Source: an uncultured Ruminococcus sp. (GTDB taxonomy: Bacteria > Bacillota > Clostridia > Oscillospirales > Ruminococcaceae). From it: a stretch of DNA of 64,000 nucleotides. Shown here one piece after another: positions 38,321 to 48,883 of this stretch. Both the position numbers and the translations under genes were made by a program. The stretch's first letter is position 1; the number at the start of each line of letters is the position of its first letter. Under the pieces are notes generated by a model. The model worked only from the letters and a program-made list of their open reading frames with translations. It was not told the origin of the DNA and made no database searches. The stretch is taken from contig CALEPT010000123.1 of the NCBI GenBank assembly GCA_937910385.1, positions 26,080 through 90,079 of the forward strand, read 5' to 3'.

Positions 38321-38560
38321 AGTAAGCCTACTCCTTTCTGTAGATTACAGGCTGTTTAAAATTATAATTTTGTACATTATGTACATATCAGCCTGTGCTT
38401 ACGCAATCTTAATTATATCATTGCAATATGCTTTTGTCAATGCAAAAAGTTATTTTTGACAAATTCACCAAAATAAGCTCTTTTAGACAGAAAAAAAAGG
38501 GCTGTCCAACATCGTGACAGTCCTTTTTCTTTTTGAACACACCTTTATGTGATATTAGTT

Positions 38561-39346
38561 TTAACTGCATATCCCGGCAATCACATCTTCCGTTACCGGC
38601 AGCGTATCCAGCTGACCGAGAATATACTTTCTCAGGGCTAATGAATCGTTTTCATCTATGATTCCGTCGCTTAGCATATCAGCACTTTCAAGCTGAAGAG
38701 AATTTAACTCTGTATTACCTGAAAGGTATTTATTTATTACAACGAGATCAAAGCTGTTTACAATCCCGTCGCCGTTGATATCGCCCGATGATTCCGGAAC
38801 GATCTTGTTGCGCTCCGGAATAGTCTGATTCTCAAGCACAATATCAGTGGTAACGAACAGCTGCTCCCAGTACCAGCCATATTCGCTGTTGCGCTCGTAA
38901 CATACTCCCACTCCTATGTGGGTATAGTTCGGGTTCATAATAGCAGCCCAGTGTCCCTCGGAATTCCGCCATTGATCAAATGTAGCCTCAGCAGTGCCTG
39001 AGCCGGCAGCGATATTCTCGGCAGCCCTCGTATACGGAACGAGTCCCTCGTCCAGTGCTGTAATAAAGAGCTCTCCGTCAGGGCGGGTATGACTGAAACT
39101 AACGATGCACTCTCTTGCACGAACATTGGAAACATCACAGAGGTATGGAACCATGTACAGTGGCTCAAGACCTGCTTCTGTCCTCGCCTCATTGACGAGA
39201 AGGACCATTTCCTCTGCCATTGCATTGAGGTCATAGCTTTCCTCTGAATAGGATATCGTGGGGCAGCGGTTTATACACAGACCCGTGATAAGAAAAGCCA
39301 GCATGACAGCCGTTATCCTTTCGGCAGTTCTTTTAACAGCACTCAT
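38561..39346 (-). CDS. CAP/SCP domain protein with dockerin
   Basis: VNEAR, FSHTRP, ENIAAG, WRNSEGH motifs; GDINGDG dockerin. Confidence 0.88.
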   Translation of the reverse strand: MSAVKRTAERITAVMLAFLITGLCINRCPTISYSEESYDLNAMAEEMVLLVNEARTEAGLEPLYMVPYLCDVSNVRARECIVSFSHTRPDGELFITALDEGLVPYTRAAENIAAGSGTAEATFDQWRNSEGHWAAIMNPNYTHIGVGVCYERNSEYGWYWEQLFVTTDIVLENQTIPERNKIVPESSGDINGDGIVNSFDLVVINKYLSGNTELNSLQLESADMLSDGIIDENDSLALRKYILGQLDTLPVTEDVIAGICS

Positions 39347-39530
39347 GAACCACACCTCCGTCCTAAAAATTACCTATATTAATATTATCACATATTTAGG
39401 TTTTTTTAAAGAGGCTTTCAAAGCTTTTGTTGATTATGCCGATAAAATTCTACTATTCGTACAAAAATATTTATACCGAAAGTTAAGTCTCTCCGGAATT
39501 ATCCGGAGAGACTTATCATTCAATAGTAAT

Positions 39531-39995
39531 TCAGCTTTCCTGTGACGCTTCTCTTGCAGCAGCTATTTCCGCATTTCCTTTCTTGATAACATCAACTATC
39601 TGAGGATAATACTTGTCAAGCGCTTCAAGAGCTATACCTATGTACTCCTCGACCTGCTTGATGAGCTCGCCGCTGGCGATTACAGCATTGCAGGTCACGA
39701 TCACATATCCCTCATCATCAAGGAACATCTTACAATTATATGTCTGCGGATCGCTGTTAAAGCGGTTCATAAGCTTATATATATCTATTATGCGTTCCTT
39801 AAAGCGGGCAATGCGGCTGACTGCAAGGTTGAAATTATTTTCCGATTCGTAATAGCTTATAAAGAATATCACGTCCGCTCGGCTTTCAGGAAGCGTCAGG
39901 CGGAATCTGAGAACATTTTCGTCGTCTTGTCTGGTCTGGAATGGTATACGGCGTCTGTCGAGCATATCGCCTATCTGAGATATTACTTTATTCAT
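39531..39995 (-). CDS. YbjN-like hypothetical protein
   Basis: Size; LMNRFN..KMFLDDEG pattern. Confidence 0.5.
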   Translation of the reverse strand: MNKVISQIGDMLDRRRIPFQTRQDDENVLRFRLTLPESRADVIFFISYYESENNFNLAVSRIARFKERIIDIYKLMNRFNSDPQTYNCKMFLDDEGYVIVTCNAVIASGELIKQVEEYIGIALEALDKYYPQIVDVIKKGNAEIAAAREASQES

Positions 39996-40124
39996 TATTG
40001 TTCCTCCTGTTCAGCGGAGAAAGATCCGCATTCATATATGGGAATTATAACATATTATAGTGAAAAAAGCAACCGTCGCGGAGAGATATTTCCGATTTTT
40101 TTATCATTGACGCGAAGACGGCGG

Positions 40125-40196
40125 TGAGAGCTCCTAACAGGAGCGATGACCCTCTGTCAGCTGCACTGACATCTCCCTACACAGTAGGGAGTCACC
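40125..40196. repeat. REP-like tandem hairpins
   Basis: GCTCCT/AGGAGC, TGTCAG/CTGACA and CTCCCTAC/GTAGGGAG hairpins. Confidence 0.5.
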
Positions 40197-40360
40197 CCGC
40201 ATAGTATAACATATAATGTTTCAAAAAGCAATGGATCACGGGCGGTTCTTTCTTTAGTTTCCCTATAATTGATATTTGTATCTCTTTCTGAAAAACTGCA
40301 TATAATAATACGGAACATATTTCGGCGTGCCGTATGCCGTAAAGCGGCGGAGTACTTATT

Positions 40361-42178
40361 ATGTGCGGAATTGCAGGAGCGATAAGCTTCATAGAAGATA
40401 TGCGCGCGGATATGAAGATATACGAAAATATGCAGCGCGCTCTCATCAGACGCGGTCCCGACCAGCGAGGTATAGTCATCTCGCGTGAGGCAGCGCTGAT
40501 ACACACCCGGCTTGCCGTTATTGATATTGAAGGCGGACGGCAGCCCATGACCTTCGGAGAATATACCATAGTATATAACGGCGAGCTGTATAATACAGAC
40601 GAGCTGCGCAAAGAGCTCGGGGCTGATTTTGACTTTGATACCCATTCCGATACAGAGGTCGTTCTGAAGTCATTTATAAAATGGGGAGAGGAGTGTGTTG
40701 ACAGATTCAACGGGATATTCGCGTTTGTCATATACGATGCCTCCCGCAGAAAAGCCTTCCTTGCACGAGACCGCATCGGCGTAAAGCCGCTTTTTTACTT
40801 CAAGTCTTCAAATAAGCTGATATTTGCGTCAGAGCTTCCGGCTCTTTTAGAGCATCCGGACGTTCCCCATGAAATAGACGAAAACGGCGCAGCAGAGCTG
40901 CTGCTTATGGCTCCCGGAAGGACTCCGGGCTGCGGCGTTATAAAAGGCATTGAGGAGGTACGCCCTGGCTGGTGCGGCTTCTATTCCGAGGACGGACTTG
41001 AGCTCCGCGAGTACTGGCGGCTGTGTGCGTATGAGCTGCACGAGACCTTTGAACAGACCGCAGAGCATGTCCGTGAGCTCGTGCTTGATTCGATACGGCG
41101 TCAGCTTGTTTCCGATGTTCCTGTCTGCACATTTCTCTCGGGCGGACTCGATTCGAGCCTGATATCTGCCGTTGCAGCAGATGAAATGAAAAAACAGGGC
41201 AGGCTGCTCGATACTTTTTCAATTGATTACAGGGATAATGAAAAATACTTCCAAAAGAGTCATTTCCAGCCCAACAGCGATCCGGAATATATTCAATGCA
41301 TGGTCGATCATCTCGGTACAAACCATCATTGGACGGTTGTAGATACTCCCGAGCTTGTGACAGCGCTCGATGAGGCAGTAGACGCGAGAGGTCTCCCCGG
41401 AATGGCTGATGTTGACGCCTCACTGCTGGTATTCTGCCGCGAGATAAAGAAATACGGAACAGTAGCACTTTCGGGCGAGTGTGCAGACGAGATATTCGGC
41501 GGCTACCCATGGTACAGAGATAAGGATATCCGTATGACTGACGGCTTCCCGTGGGCTCAGAGCACTGCTTACCGCAAGCGTTTTCTCTGCGAGGAATACG
41601 CGCAAAAAATAAACGCCGACGAATACGTCTACAGCGCCTACAGAAATACTGCTGATTACGCCGACAAGCTGACCACTGATGATGAGACCGAGTACCGTAT
41701 GCGTGAAATGACCCAGCTCAATTTCCATTGGTTTATGCAGACCCTCCTCGACCGCAAGGACAGAATGAGTATGTACAGCGGACTGGAGGTTCGCGTTCCG
41801 TTCTGCGATTACCGTATAGCGGAGTACCTATATAATGTAAAGTGGGAATATAAAGACTATATGGGGCGGGAAAAAGGGCTTCTGCGTGAGGCGATGAAGG
41901 AATGGCTGCCTGAGAAGGTCCTATGGCGCAAGAAGAGCCCATATCCCAAGACACACAATCCGAACTTCCTTTCAGCGGTGACAGAAAAGCTCCGCACTAT
42001 CCTCGATGAGGACGGCGGAGCTCTGACTCAGCTTGTGAAGCGCGAGGAGCTCGAAAAGCTTCTGTGTCACGAGGATCATGTACAGTGGTACGGTCAGCTG
42101 ATGAATCTGCCACAGACTATTGCTTTTTTCATACAGCTTGATCACTGGCTCAAGAAATATGATATAAGGCTTGAGTGA
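40361..42178 (+). CDS. asnB: Asparagine synthase (glutamine-hydrolysing)
   Basis: MCGIAG, RGPD, LSGGLDSS and SGECADEIFGGY motifs. Confidence 0.93.
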   Translation: MCGIAGAISFIEDMRADMKIYENMQRALIRRGPDQRGIVISREAALIHTRLAVIDIEGGRQPMTFGEYTIVYNGELYNTDELRKELGADFDFDTHSDTEVVLKSFIKWGEECVDRFNGIFAFVIYDASRRKAFLARDRIGVKPLFYFKSSNKLIFASELPALLEHPDVPHEIDENGAAELLLMAPGRTPGCGVIKGIEEVRPGWCGFYSEDGLELREYWRLCAYELHETFEQTAEHVRELVLDSIRRQLVSDVPVCTFLSGGLDSSLISAVAADEMKKQGRLLDTFSIDYRDNEKYFQKSHFQPNSDPEYIQCMVDHLGTNHHWTVVDTPELVTALDEAVDARGLPGMADVDASLLVFCREIKKYGTVALSGECADEIFGGYPWYRDKDIRMTDGFPWAQSTAYRKRFLCEEYAQKINADEYVYSAYRNTADYADKLTTDDETEYRMREMTQLNFHWFMQTLLDRKDRMSMYSGLEVRVPFCDYRIAEYLYNVKWEYKDYMGREKGLLREAMKEWLPEKVLWRKKSPYPKTHNPNFLSAVTEKLRTILDEDGGALTQLVKREELEKLLCHEDHVQWYGQLMNLPQTIAFFIQLDHWLKKYDIRLE

Positions 42179-42215
42179 AAAAGGCAGCCCTTATACTTCG
42201 CCATTAATATCATGA

Positions 42216-43334
42216 TCATTTTTCGAGTGTGCCGTGAGAGAGTGATTTCAGGTAGGCATTGATAAAGCCGTCGATGTCGCCGTCCATTACCGCCTGAATG
42301 TTGCCGTTTTCAAAGCCTGTACGGTGATCCTTTGCGAGAGTGTAAGGCATGAAAACGTATGAACGTATCTGCGACCCCCACGCTATCTGGTTCTGCACGC
42401 CCTTGATGTCCTCGATCTTTTCGAGGTGCTCGCGCTCCTTTATCTCTATGAGCTTGGAGCGCAGCATTTTCATGGCGTAGTCCTTGTTCTGGTACTGGCT
42501 TCGCTGAGTCTGGCAGGATACAACGATGCCTGTAGGCTTGTGGATAAGTCTTACCGCAGAGCTGGTCTTGTTTACCTTCTGACCGCCCGCACCGCTTGAA
42601 CGGTAAACCTCCATTTCGATATCCTCAGGGCGGATATCCACCTCGATCGAGTCGTCTATTTCGGGCATTACCTCGAGTGCTGCGAAGGAGGTGTGACGCC
42701 TGCCCGATGCATCGAACGGGGATATGCGCACAAGTCTGTGTACACCGGATTCCGATTTCATATAGCCGTAGGCATTGTCGCCCTCTATGAGTATAGAGGC
42801 AGACTTCATTCCTGCGTCGTCACCGTCGAGATAGTCGAGCAGCTCGACCTTATAATCATGTCGCTCCGCCCAGCGGTTGTACATACGGTAGAGCATCTCT
42901 GCCCAGTCCTGAGCCTCTGTGCCGCCTGCGCCCGCATGGAAGGTGAGGATCGCGTTAGAGTTATCATATTCGCCTGTGAGGAGCGTTGCGAGCTTTTCCT
43001 CCTCAAGCTTTTTCTTGAAGGAATCAGCCTCCGCCTTTATCTCCTCGACGGAGCTGTCGTCGTCCTCTTCGATAGAGAGCTCGATGAGGGTTATAACGTC
43101 CTCGAGGCTTTCGTTGAGCTTATTGAACTTGTCTATTTTCTTTTCAAGGGACTTTGTCTCCTTCAGTACTGCCTGAGAATTTTCGAGGTCGTCCCAGAAG
43201 CCGTCCTTAGCGGTCTCCTCGCCGAGTTCTGCTATTCTTTCCTTAGCAGCCTTGATGTTGAGCACATCGGCGAGCTCGGTCATTTCCTTTCTGTAGCCTG
43301 TCATTTCAACTCTGAGGTCGTCGAGTATTATCAT
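42216..43334 (-). CDS. prfB: Peptide chain release factor 2 (no frameshift)
   Basis: SPF and GGQ motifs; continuous ORF. Confidence 0.96.
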   Translation of the reverse strand: MIILDDLRVEMTGYRKEMTELADVLNIKAAKERIAELGEETAKDGFWDDLENSQAVLKETKSLEKKIDKFNKLNESLEDVITLIELSIEEDDDSSVEEIKAEADSFKKKLEEEKLATLLTGEYDNSNAILTFHAGAGGTEAQDWAEMLYRMYNRWAERHDYKVELLDYLDGDDAGMKSASILIEGDNAYGYMKSESGVHRLVRISPFDASGRRHTSFAALEVMPEIDDSIEVDIRPEDIEMEVYRSSGAGGQKVNKTSSAVRLIHKPTGIVVSCQTQRSQYQNKDYAMKMLRSKLIEIKEREHLEKIEDIKGVQNQIAWGSQIRSYVFMPYTLAKDHRTGFENGNIQAVMDGDIDGFINAYLKSLSHGTLEK

Positions 43335-43460
43335 AATATCTGTCCTTTCCGTTTAGAAGTTAGAGATCAAAAATTAAAGATTAGATCTTACATGATATTT
43401 CCTTTCTTTAGTTGAAGGGGCATCCGAAGAACGCCGAAGGCGGAGTTCTTTACATTAAAA

Positions 43461-44210
43461 TCAATTTCCGCAGTATACTATCGCCGCTGCGGTGACGTTG
43501 TCCTCTCCGCCCTTTGCAAGCGCCTTGTCCCTGAGAAGCTCCAGCCGCATGGGGAGGCTCTTAGGCAGCTCCATTATCTCCTCGATATCGAGCGGAGAAA
43601 CGTAGTCCGACAGACCGTCTGTACAAAGTATGAGCACATCGCCGTATTCCATTTTACCTATGGGGAGTATATCTATTTTAGGCTCTGCATTTATATTTCC
43701 GAATGCAGGAAAGATGATGTTTCTGTGAACGTGGGTCCTGCGCTGTTCAAGGGTTATCGTGCCCTCTTCATAAAGAAGCTGAACGAACGACTGATCCTTG
43801 GTGAGCTGTTTTATCCTCCCGCCCCTGAACCTGTAAAGCCTTGAATCGCCGACGTTGAACGATAGGATATTTCCGCTCTCATCTATCGCAACACCGCAAA
43901 GAGTGGTCTGCATATTGCGTATTTCCGGCTGTGACGAGCTGTATTCGGCAATAGCTCTGTGTATTGAGGTGAGCTCAGCACGGAGATCTGAGGAGGAATT
44001 GTAGCTGAGCATGCTGATATTTTCAAGGCACATTTTTGAAGCAAGCTCGCCCGACAGTTCTCCGGAAACTCCGTCCGAGACTGCGGCTATGAACGGAGCG
44101 CGGAGCTTCTGCTCACCGGCCCCCTCCGTGAAAATATCCGCGCCGATAAGAAGCGCGTCCTCATTATGCGGCATAACGCCTTTGTCGGTGATTCCGCAGC
44201 AATAAAACAT
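43461..44210 (-). CDS. PP2C-type Ser/Thr phosphatase
   Basis: NED, VSDG, NVGDSR, CTDGL and DNVT motifs. Confidence 0.9.
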   Translation of the reverse strand: MFYCCGITDKGVMPHNEDALLIGADIFTEGAGEQKLRAPFIAAVSDGVSGELSGELASKMCLENISMLSYNSSSDLRAELTSIHRAIAEYSSSQPEIRNMQTTLCGVAIDESGNILSFNVGDSRLYRFRGGRIKQLTKDQSFVQLLYEEGTITLEQRRTHVHRNIIFPAFGNINAEPKIDILPIGKMEYGDVLILCTDGLSDYVSPLDIEEIMELPKSLPMRLELLRDKALAKGGEDNVTAAAIVYCGN

Positions 44211-44213
44211 AAG

Positions 44214-44990
44214 CTAAAACCTCTGAGTAATGTCGTAGAATTTCATGCCGTTGCGGCAGGTGATGTCAAGAAGCTCCTGAACGGGAATGCCTTTTATTTC
44301 GGCAGCCTTTTCCGCAGTGAAAGCTATCATGGAGCTGTCGCTTCTCTTGCCCCGGAAGGGCACGGGAGCCATATACGGGCAGTCTGTTTCGAGCAGGAGC
44401 CTGTCGAGGGGAACTGCCTCAAGCGCGCGAAGCGCTTTTTTTGCGTTTTTGAATGTGAGAACCCCGGTAAAGCCGATATACATACCGAGCTTTATTACCT
44501 CTTTTGCGGTCTCGGCGGAGCCGCTGAAGCAATGGAGAACGCCCTGCGGCTTATACTCCTTAAGGATATTGAGAGTATCCTCAGTCGCGTCCCGGCTGTG
44601 TATGATGACGGGCAGACCGAGCTCTTGCGCAAGCTCGAGCTGCTCACGGAAGAGGCGTATCTGCTTTTCTCTGTCATAGCCGTCATAGTGATAATCGAGT
44701 CCTATCTCGCCTATAGCTCTTACTTTTTCGGAGCTTTCTGCGAGTTCCCTAAGACGCAGAAGATACCCGTCCGGGGCAGTGTCCGCATATTCGGGGTGGA
44801 CTCCCACTGCGGCGAAGATGTAGTCGTATGCCTGTGCTGTTTTTACATTTTCTGCTGAGTCATCAAGTGACGAGCCTGCAAGCATTACAAAGCGGACTCC
44901 TTTCTGCGGGAGCTGACGCAGGAGTTCGTCTCTGTCGGTATCGAATGCGCTGTCGTTATAATGCGCGTGAGTGTCAAAGATATTTTTCAT
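44214..44990 (-). CDS. TatD family nuclease
   Basis: DTHAH, GEIGLDY, HCFSG and ETDCPY motifs; start placed at 44990. Confidence 0.93.
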   Translation of the reverse strand: MKNIFDTHAHYNDSAFDTDRDELLRQLPQKGVRFVMLAGSSLDDSAENVKTAQAYDYIFAAVGVHPEYADTAPDGYLLRLRELAESSEKVRAIGEIGLDYHYDGYDREKQIRLFREQLELAQELGLPVIIHSRDATEDTLNILKEYKPQGVLHCFSGSAETAKEVIKLGMYIGFTGVLTFKNAKKALRALEAVPLDRLLLETDCPYMAPVPFRGKRSDSSMIAFTAEKAAEIKGIPVQELLDITCRNGMKFYDITQRF

Positions 44991-44994
44991 AGCA

Positions 44995-45861
44995 TTAATC
45001 TGAGAAATACTGGTCGCGCAGGCTGCTGATGAAGTTATCGCTTGCGATGAAATCGCTGTCAGCGGCAGTTCCGTCGAGGGAAAGGGTGATCGCAATAGAG
45101 CTTCCGTTTTCAAACATATTCTTTACGGCAGTCTTGCGGTTTTTGTAATCAACCGAAGTGATATTTGAATCGACCATATTTATTATGATGTTGAAATTCG
45201 TATCAAAGCTGTCGGCAATACGTTTTCCGTCCGCCTGATTTATCATGGCTGAAAGCACAGAAGCGGCAGTAAAGGCTCTTTCGGATTCGCCGCCCTTGAA
45301 CATAGAATATGTAACGAACGTCTCTATCTGTTCGCTCTTCATGTACTGCTGACTTCCGTCGTTTTTGAAGCCGGCGATGTCGGCGTTCACGGCATAGGTA
45401 ACTCCGCCGAAGATATCGCATATCTTTTTAAAGGACTCAGGATCGAACTTCATATATCTGTCGATAGTGATGCCGAATACGGATTCGGTGAACGAGACGG
45501 CTGAGGCAGCTCCGCCGCGGTCGTATGAGCCCTGAAGACTTTGCTGTTCACCGTCAACTATCGCGATCGTATTGGTTGGGATGCCAATGAAAACGAGTTC
45601 CTTTTTAACAGGAAGAGAACGCATGAGAATGAAGGTCTCGGAGCATTTCTGCTCAGGCTCGTCAAGGATAAAGAGGATAGTGTGATTATCCTCATATGTT
45701 ATCTGTTGGCTTATCCTGGGGGTAGGCTCAGGCGGAGCGTCCTCCTTGCCGAAGCCGAAATAGCGGTATACGCCATAAGCCATACCTCCTATGATGATAA
45801 GTCCCACAAATATAGTTATAAGGAACGGAACAGCGATACGACCGCTTTTCTTTTCTGTCAT
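44995..45861 (-). CDS. LCP (LytR-CpsA-Psr)-like membrane protein, divergent
   Basis: N-terminal TM helix; IGIPTNT, FGITIDRY and DIFGGV segments. Confidence 0.6.
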   Translation of the reverse strand: MTEKKSGRIAVPFLITIFVGLIIIGGMAYGVYRYFGFGKEDAPPEPTPRISQQITYEDNHTILFILDEPEQKCSETFILMRSLPVKKELVFIGIPTNTIAIVDGEQQSLQGSYDRGGAASAVSFTESVFGITIDRYMKFDPESFKKICDIFGGVTYAVNADIAGFKNDGSQQYMKSEQIETFVTYSMFKGGESERAFTAASVLSAMINQADGKRIADSFDTNFNIIINMVDSNITSVDYKNRKTAVKNMFENGSSIAITLSLDGTAADSDFIASDNFISSLRDQYFSD

Positions 45862-45887
45862 TTTGAATTCTCCTTTTTTCATATTTT

Positions 45888-46069
45888 TATACTATGCGCT
45901 GTCTCAAAATGTCTTCGGACATTTTGAGAGCTGCCGTCGATGGCGGCAGGCGGCAAAATTGCCGAAAGCGCTCGGTTTATGCTGCCTCTGCAAATCCGCA
46001 AAGCGGATTTGCGGCTGCGCAGCAGCCTGCAAAATGCACTTTGTACATTTTGCAGCAGAGGCAAGTATA
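45888..46069. repeat. Two tandem TA-bounded cloverleaf elements; second (45978-46069) homologous to 25357-25449
   Basis: Each has a closing stem and three inner hairpins. Confidence 0.65.
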
Positions 46070-46185
46070 TCAGAAGCAGCGATGAATAACTATTCGTATA
46101 AAGTTGCTGAGGAAAATATTCGCACAGGAATGAATGAAAATATTTTTCCCAAAAGCTGAGTTTAAAATTAATGTCGGAAAATCGT

Positions 46186-46267
46186 TTATCAACAGGGTTT
46201 TCCACGCTTTCAACATTAAAAACTGATCGTGAATGTTTAAACACAGGATTCAACAATCTGTTGAAAA
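46186..46267. promoter_or_regulatory. Cluster of DnaA-box-like 9-mers
   Basis: TTATCAACA, TTTTCCACG, CTTTCAACA, GATTCAACA and TGTTGAAAA within 82 bp. Confidence 0.45.
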
Positions 46268-46337
46268 ACAGTTTTAAAGTCAAAATCACTTGCAAAATCC
46301 GTCAAGTGTGATATAATTATATATGAGCGCAGGATTT

Positions 46338-47039
46338 TCAGAAATTCGGGGCAGGACCGGGAAAATCGCTGATCTCGGCTATTTTACGCCCTATCTTCCT
46401 GATATCCGGACCAGTCTGTGACATTATTCGGTAGATATCCTCAAGACCAAAGCTGCAAATGCTTTTTCCGCTTCTTTCAGCGTAGGACAGGGTCTGATAT
46501 GTTCCGGATATCGACTGTCCGCTGTTGAAAAAAGCTATAACGGCGGAAGAATTGTCAACCATGAAGTAATTCCTGTCTTTATAAAGAGAGGAAGATGTGT
46601 TTGCCGAACCTTTGCCGTAGATGATATTAGGCTGGCTGTTTGTAACGATAAGATGATCGGAATTTGACTCGACCTCGCGCAAAAGCTCCTTATATTTTGC
46701 AGAAAAGCGTTCGGAATGGCGCAGATACGGAAGCGCGCCGATCAGCGACAGCTTTTTTCCGCTTTTCTTTTTCATTATCACATATTCTGCAGCCCATAGA
46801 TCCGTGCCGGTCGCAAGACCGCTGATAAAGCAGCTGTAGCCTTTTTCTGCTGCGAGGTCAATGTATCTGTAGAGCATGAGCTTTACCGCTGAAACAGTGA
46901 TCGTCCGGTAAAGGGGATTTCCTTCATATGGCTCTATATTCTTTTCGCGGTGTCCCGTAAAGCATAGCGTTCTGCTGCGGTCGTGATCGTCGGGCAGCGA
47001 AGTGTACACGGGCATTCCCGAGTTGAGCGAGAAAAGCAT
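46338..47039 (-). CDS. SLOG/YspA (DUF1273)-like protein
   Basis: CFTGHR, FISGLATGTDLWAAE, RNYFMVD and SGT motifs. Confidence 0.8.
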   Translation of the reverse strand: MLFSLNSGMPVYTSLPDDHDRSRTLCFTGHREKNIEPYEGNPLYRTITVSAVKLMLYRYIDLAAEKGYSCFISGLATGTDLWAAEYVIMKKKSGKKLSLIGALPYLRHSERFSAKYKELLREVESNSDHLIVTNSQPNIIYGKGSANTSSSLYKDRNYFMVDNSSAVIAFFNSGQSISGTYQTLSYAERSGKSICSFGLEDIYRIMSQTGPDIRKIGRKIAEISDFPGPAPNF

Positions 47040-47199
47040 ATCACACCTCCGAAGATGAATGTCGTTGACCATACATTATTAATTATACCATACACGGCTT
47101 TTTATTTCAAGGGGAATTTGAGCCTGTAATAAAATTTTAATATAAAGAGAGAAAATATAATGTAAAATCAATCTCTGAACGGAAAGGATATGACCGACA

Positions 47200-48336
47200 A
47201 TGAAACCGTATTTGAAAAGAGCGTGGGCGGAGGTGTCTCTGGCTCAGCTTGAGAAAAACGTTGATGTGATAAGGTCGCTGAACTCGGAAAGCACAGAGAT
47301 AATGGCGGTCGTAAAGGCGGACGCCTACGGACACGGCGACGAGCATATAGTGCGTTGCCTTGCCGAGAGATGCAGCGTGAGATATTTTGCCGTGTCGAAT
47401 CTCGACGAGGCTATAGCGGTGAGGGGATTTGCTCCGAAGGCAGATATACTGATACTCGGCTATACTCCGCCCGAGTATGCCCACGAAATAGCTATGTATA
47501 ATATAATTCAGGGAGTTGTTTCTGCGGATTACGCCCTTGCGCTGACAAAAAACACTCCCGAGCCGATACGCTGCCACATCAAAATAGATACCGGCATGGG
47601 CAGGATAGGGCTGCGGCATGATACTCCGCAGGAGTGTGCCGATGAGATCGCCGCAATGATGAAGATAGAAAAGCTCTCGGTCGAGGGCATATATACGCAT
47701 TTTGCAGTTGCCGACAGCGATGATCCCGACAACATCGCTTACACTGACCGCCAGCAGCGGTTTATTACGGATACATACGACGCTCTTGCCGACATGGGGA
47801 TAAAACTGCCGCACCTGCACTTCATGAACAGCGCGGCTACCTGCTACAGAAACAGTCCCCGCAGCACACTTTCCCGTGCAGGTATAATCCTTTACGGACT
47901 GCACCCCGACATATCGCTCGATATTCCCGAGGGGCTTGCTCCGGTAATGGAGGTAAAGGCGGTCATCTCGCAGGTCAAGACCGTTAAAAAGGGTGCCTGC
48001 ATAAGCTACGGACGCACGTTCACGGCAGACAGGGAAATGCGCATAGCAACGGTAACTGTTGGCTATGCGGACGGCTATTCGCGGCTGCTCTCAGGCAGGG
48101 GAGAGATACTCGTTCACGGTAAGCGCTGCAAAATAGTCGGAAGGGTATGCATGGATCAGCTCATGATAGATGTATCGGAAGTTCCCGAGGCTGAATCGGG
48201 CGATATAGTGGTACTGATCGGACGCGACGGCGACGACATCATCACTGCCGATGAGCTTGCCTCTGTATACGGAACTATAGGATATGAGGTCGTTTGCGGC
48301 ATTTCAAAGCGTGTTCCGCGGATATATATTGATTGA
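47200..48336 (+). CDS. alr: Alanine racemase
   Basis: AVVKADAYGHG, KIDTGMGRIG, GYADGY and GRVCMDQ motifs. Confidence 0.96.
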   Translation: MKPYLKRAWAEVSLAQLEKNVDVIRSLNSESTEIMAVVKADAYGHGDEHIVRCLAERCSVRYFAVSNLDEAIAVRGFAPKADILILGYTPPEYAHEIAMYNIIQGVVSADYALALTKNTPEPIRCHIKIDTGMGRIGLRHDTPQECADEIAAMMKIEKLSVEGIYTHFAVADSDDPDNIAYTDRQQRFITDTYDALADMGIKLPHLHFMNSAATCYRNSPRSTLSRAGIILYGLHPDISLDIPEGLAPVMEVKAVISQVKTVKKGACISYGRTFTADREMRIATVTVGYADGYSRLLSGRGEILVHGKRCKIVGRVCMDQLMIDVSEVPEAESGDIVVLIGRDGDDIITADELASVYGTIGYEVVCGISKRVPRIYID

Positions 48337-48346
48337 GGTGAGTGAA

Positions 48347-48883
48347 ATGAAAAAAATTTTACTTGCTGCCGCTTTAGCCGTATTACTCACCGGCTGCGGC
48401 ACTTACGGAGACGATCCTTCATCGGCTGATACGTCCGTCAACACCAATACCGCTCCGGAGACGAATGTATCTGAAACTGAAGCTACTGAGGCGGAGGCAA
48501 CTGACGCTCCGGACGGCGCTTCGGGACTGGTGATGCGCATAGGCGATCAGCCTGACGGCAAGATAGTCCTCACCGGCGAGGATATCGAAAGTGCTGAGCC
48601 TTTTGCCGTTATGGAAGAAAATGATATGCTGTACACCGTGGTACTCACCTTTAATGATGAGGGCAGAGAAAAGCTCGCGAAGATAACAAGCGAACTGGCT
48701 GGCACTGAAACTCCCCTTGCAATATGGGTGGACGGTGAGCTTATCTCCGCTCCCTGCGTCAGTACACCGATAGATGACGGAAAAGCCGTTATAACAGGCG
48801 ATTTCACTGTAGAAACGTCTATGGAGCTTTCAAGGAGGATAGTCCCGCTTTCAATAGATGATATGAAGAAGGATGAGGAATAA
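48347..48883 (+). CDS. Lipoprotein with stand-alone SecDF P1-head-like domain
   Basis: Lipobox LTGC; LAIWVDGELISAP..IDDGKAVITGDFT. Confidence 0.75.
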   Translation: MKKILLAAALAVLLTGCGTYGDDPSSADTSVNTNTAPETNVSETEATEAEATDAPDGASGLVMRIGDQPDGKIVLTGEDIESAEPFAVMEENDMLYTVVLTFNDEGREKLAKITSELAGTETPLAIWVDGELISAPCVSTPIDDGKAVITGDFTVETSMELSRRIVPLSIDDMKKDEE

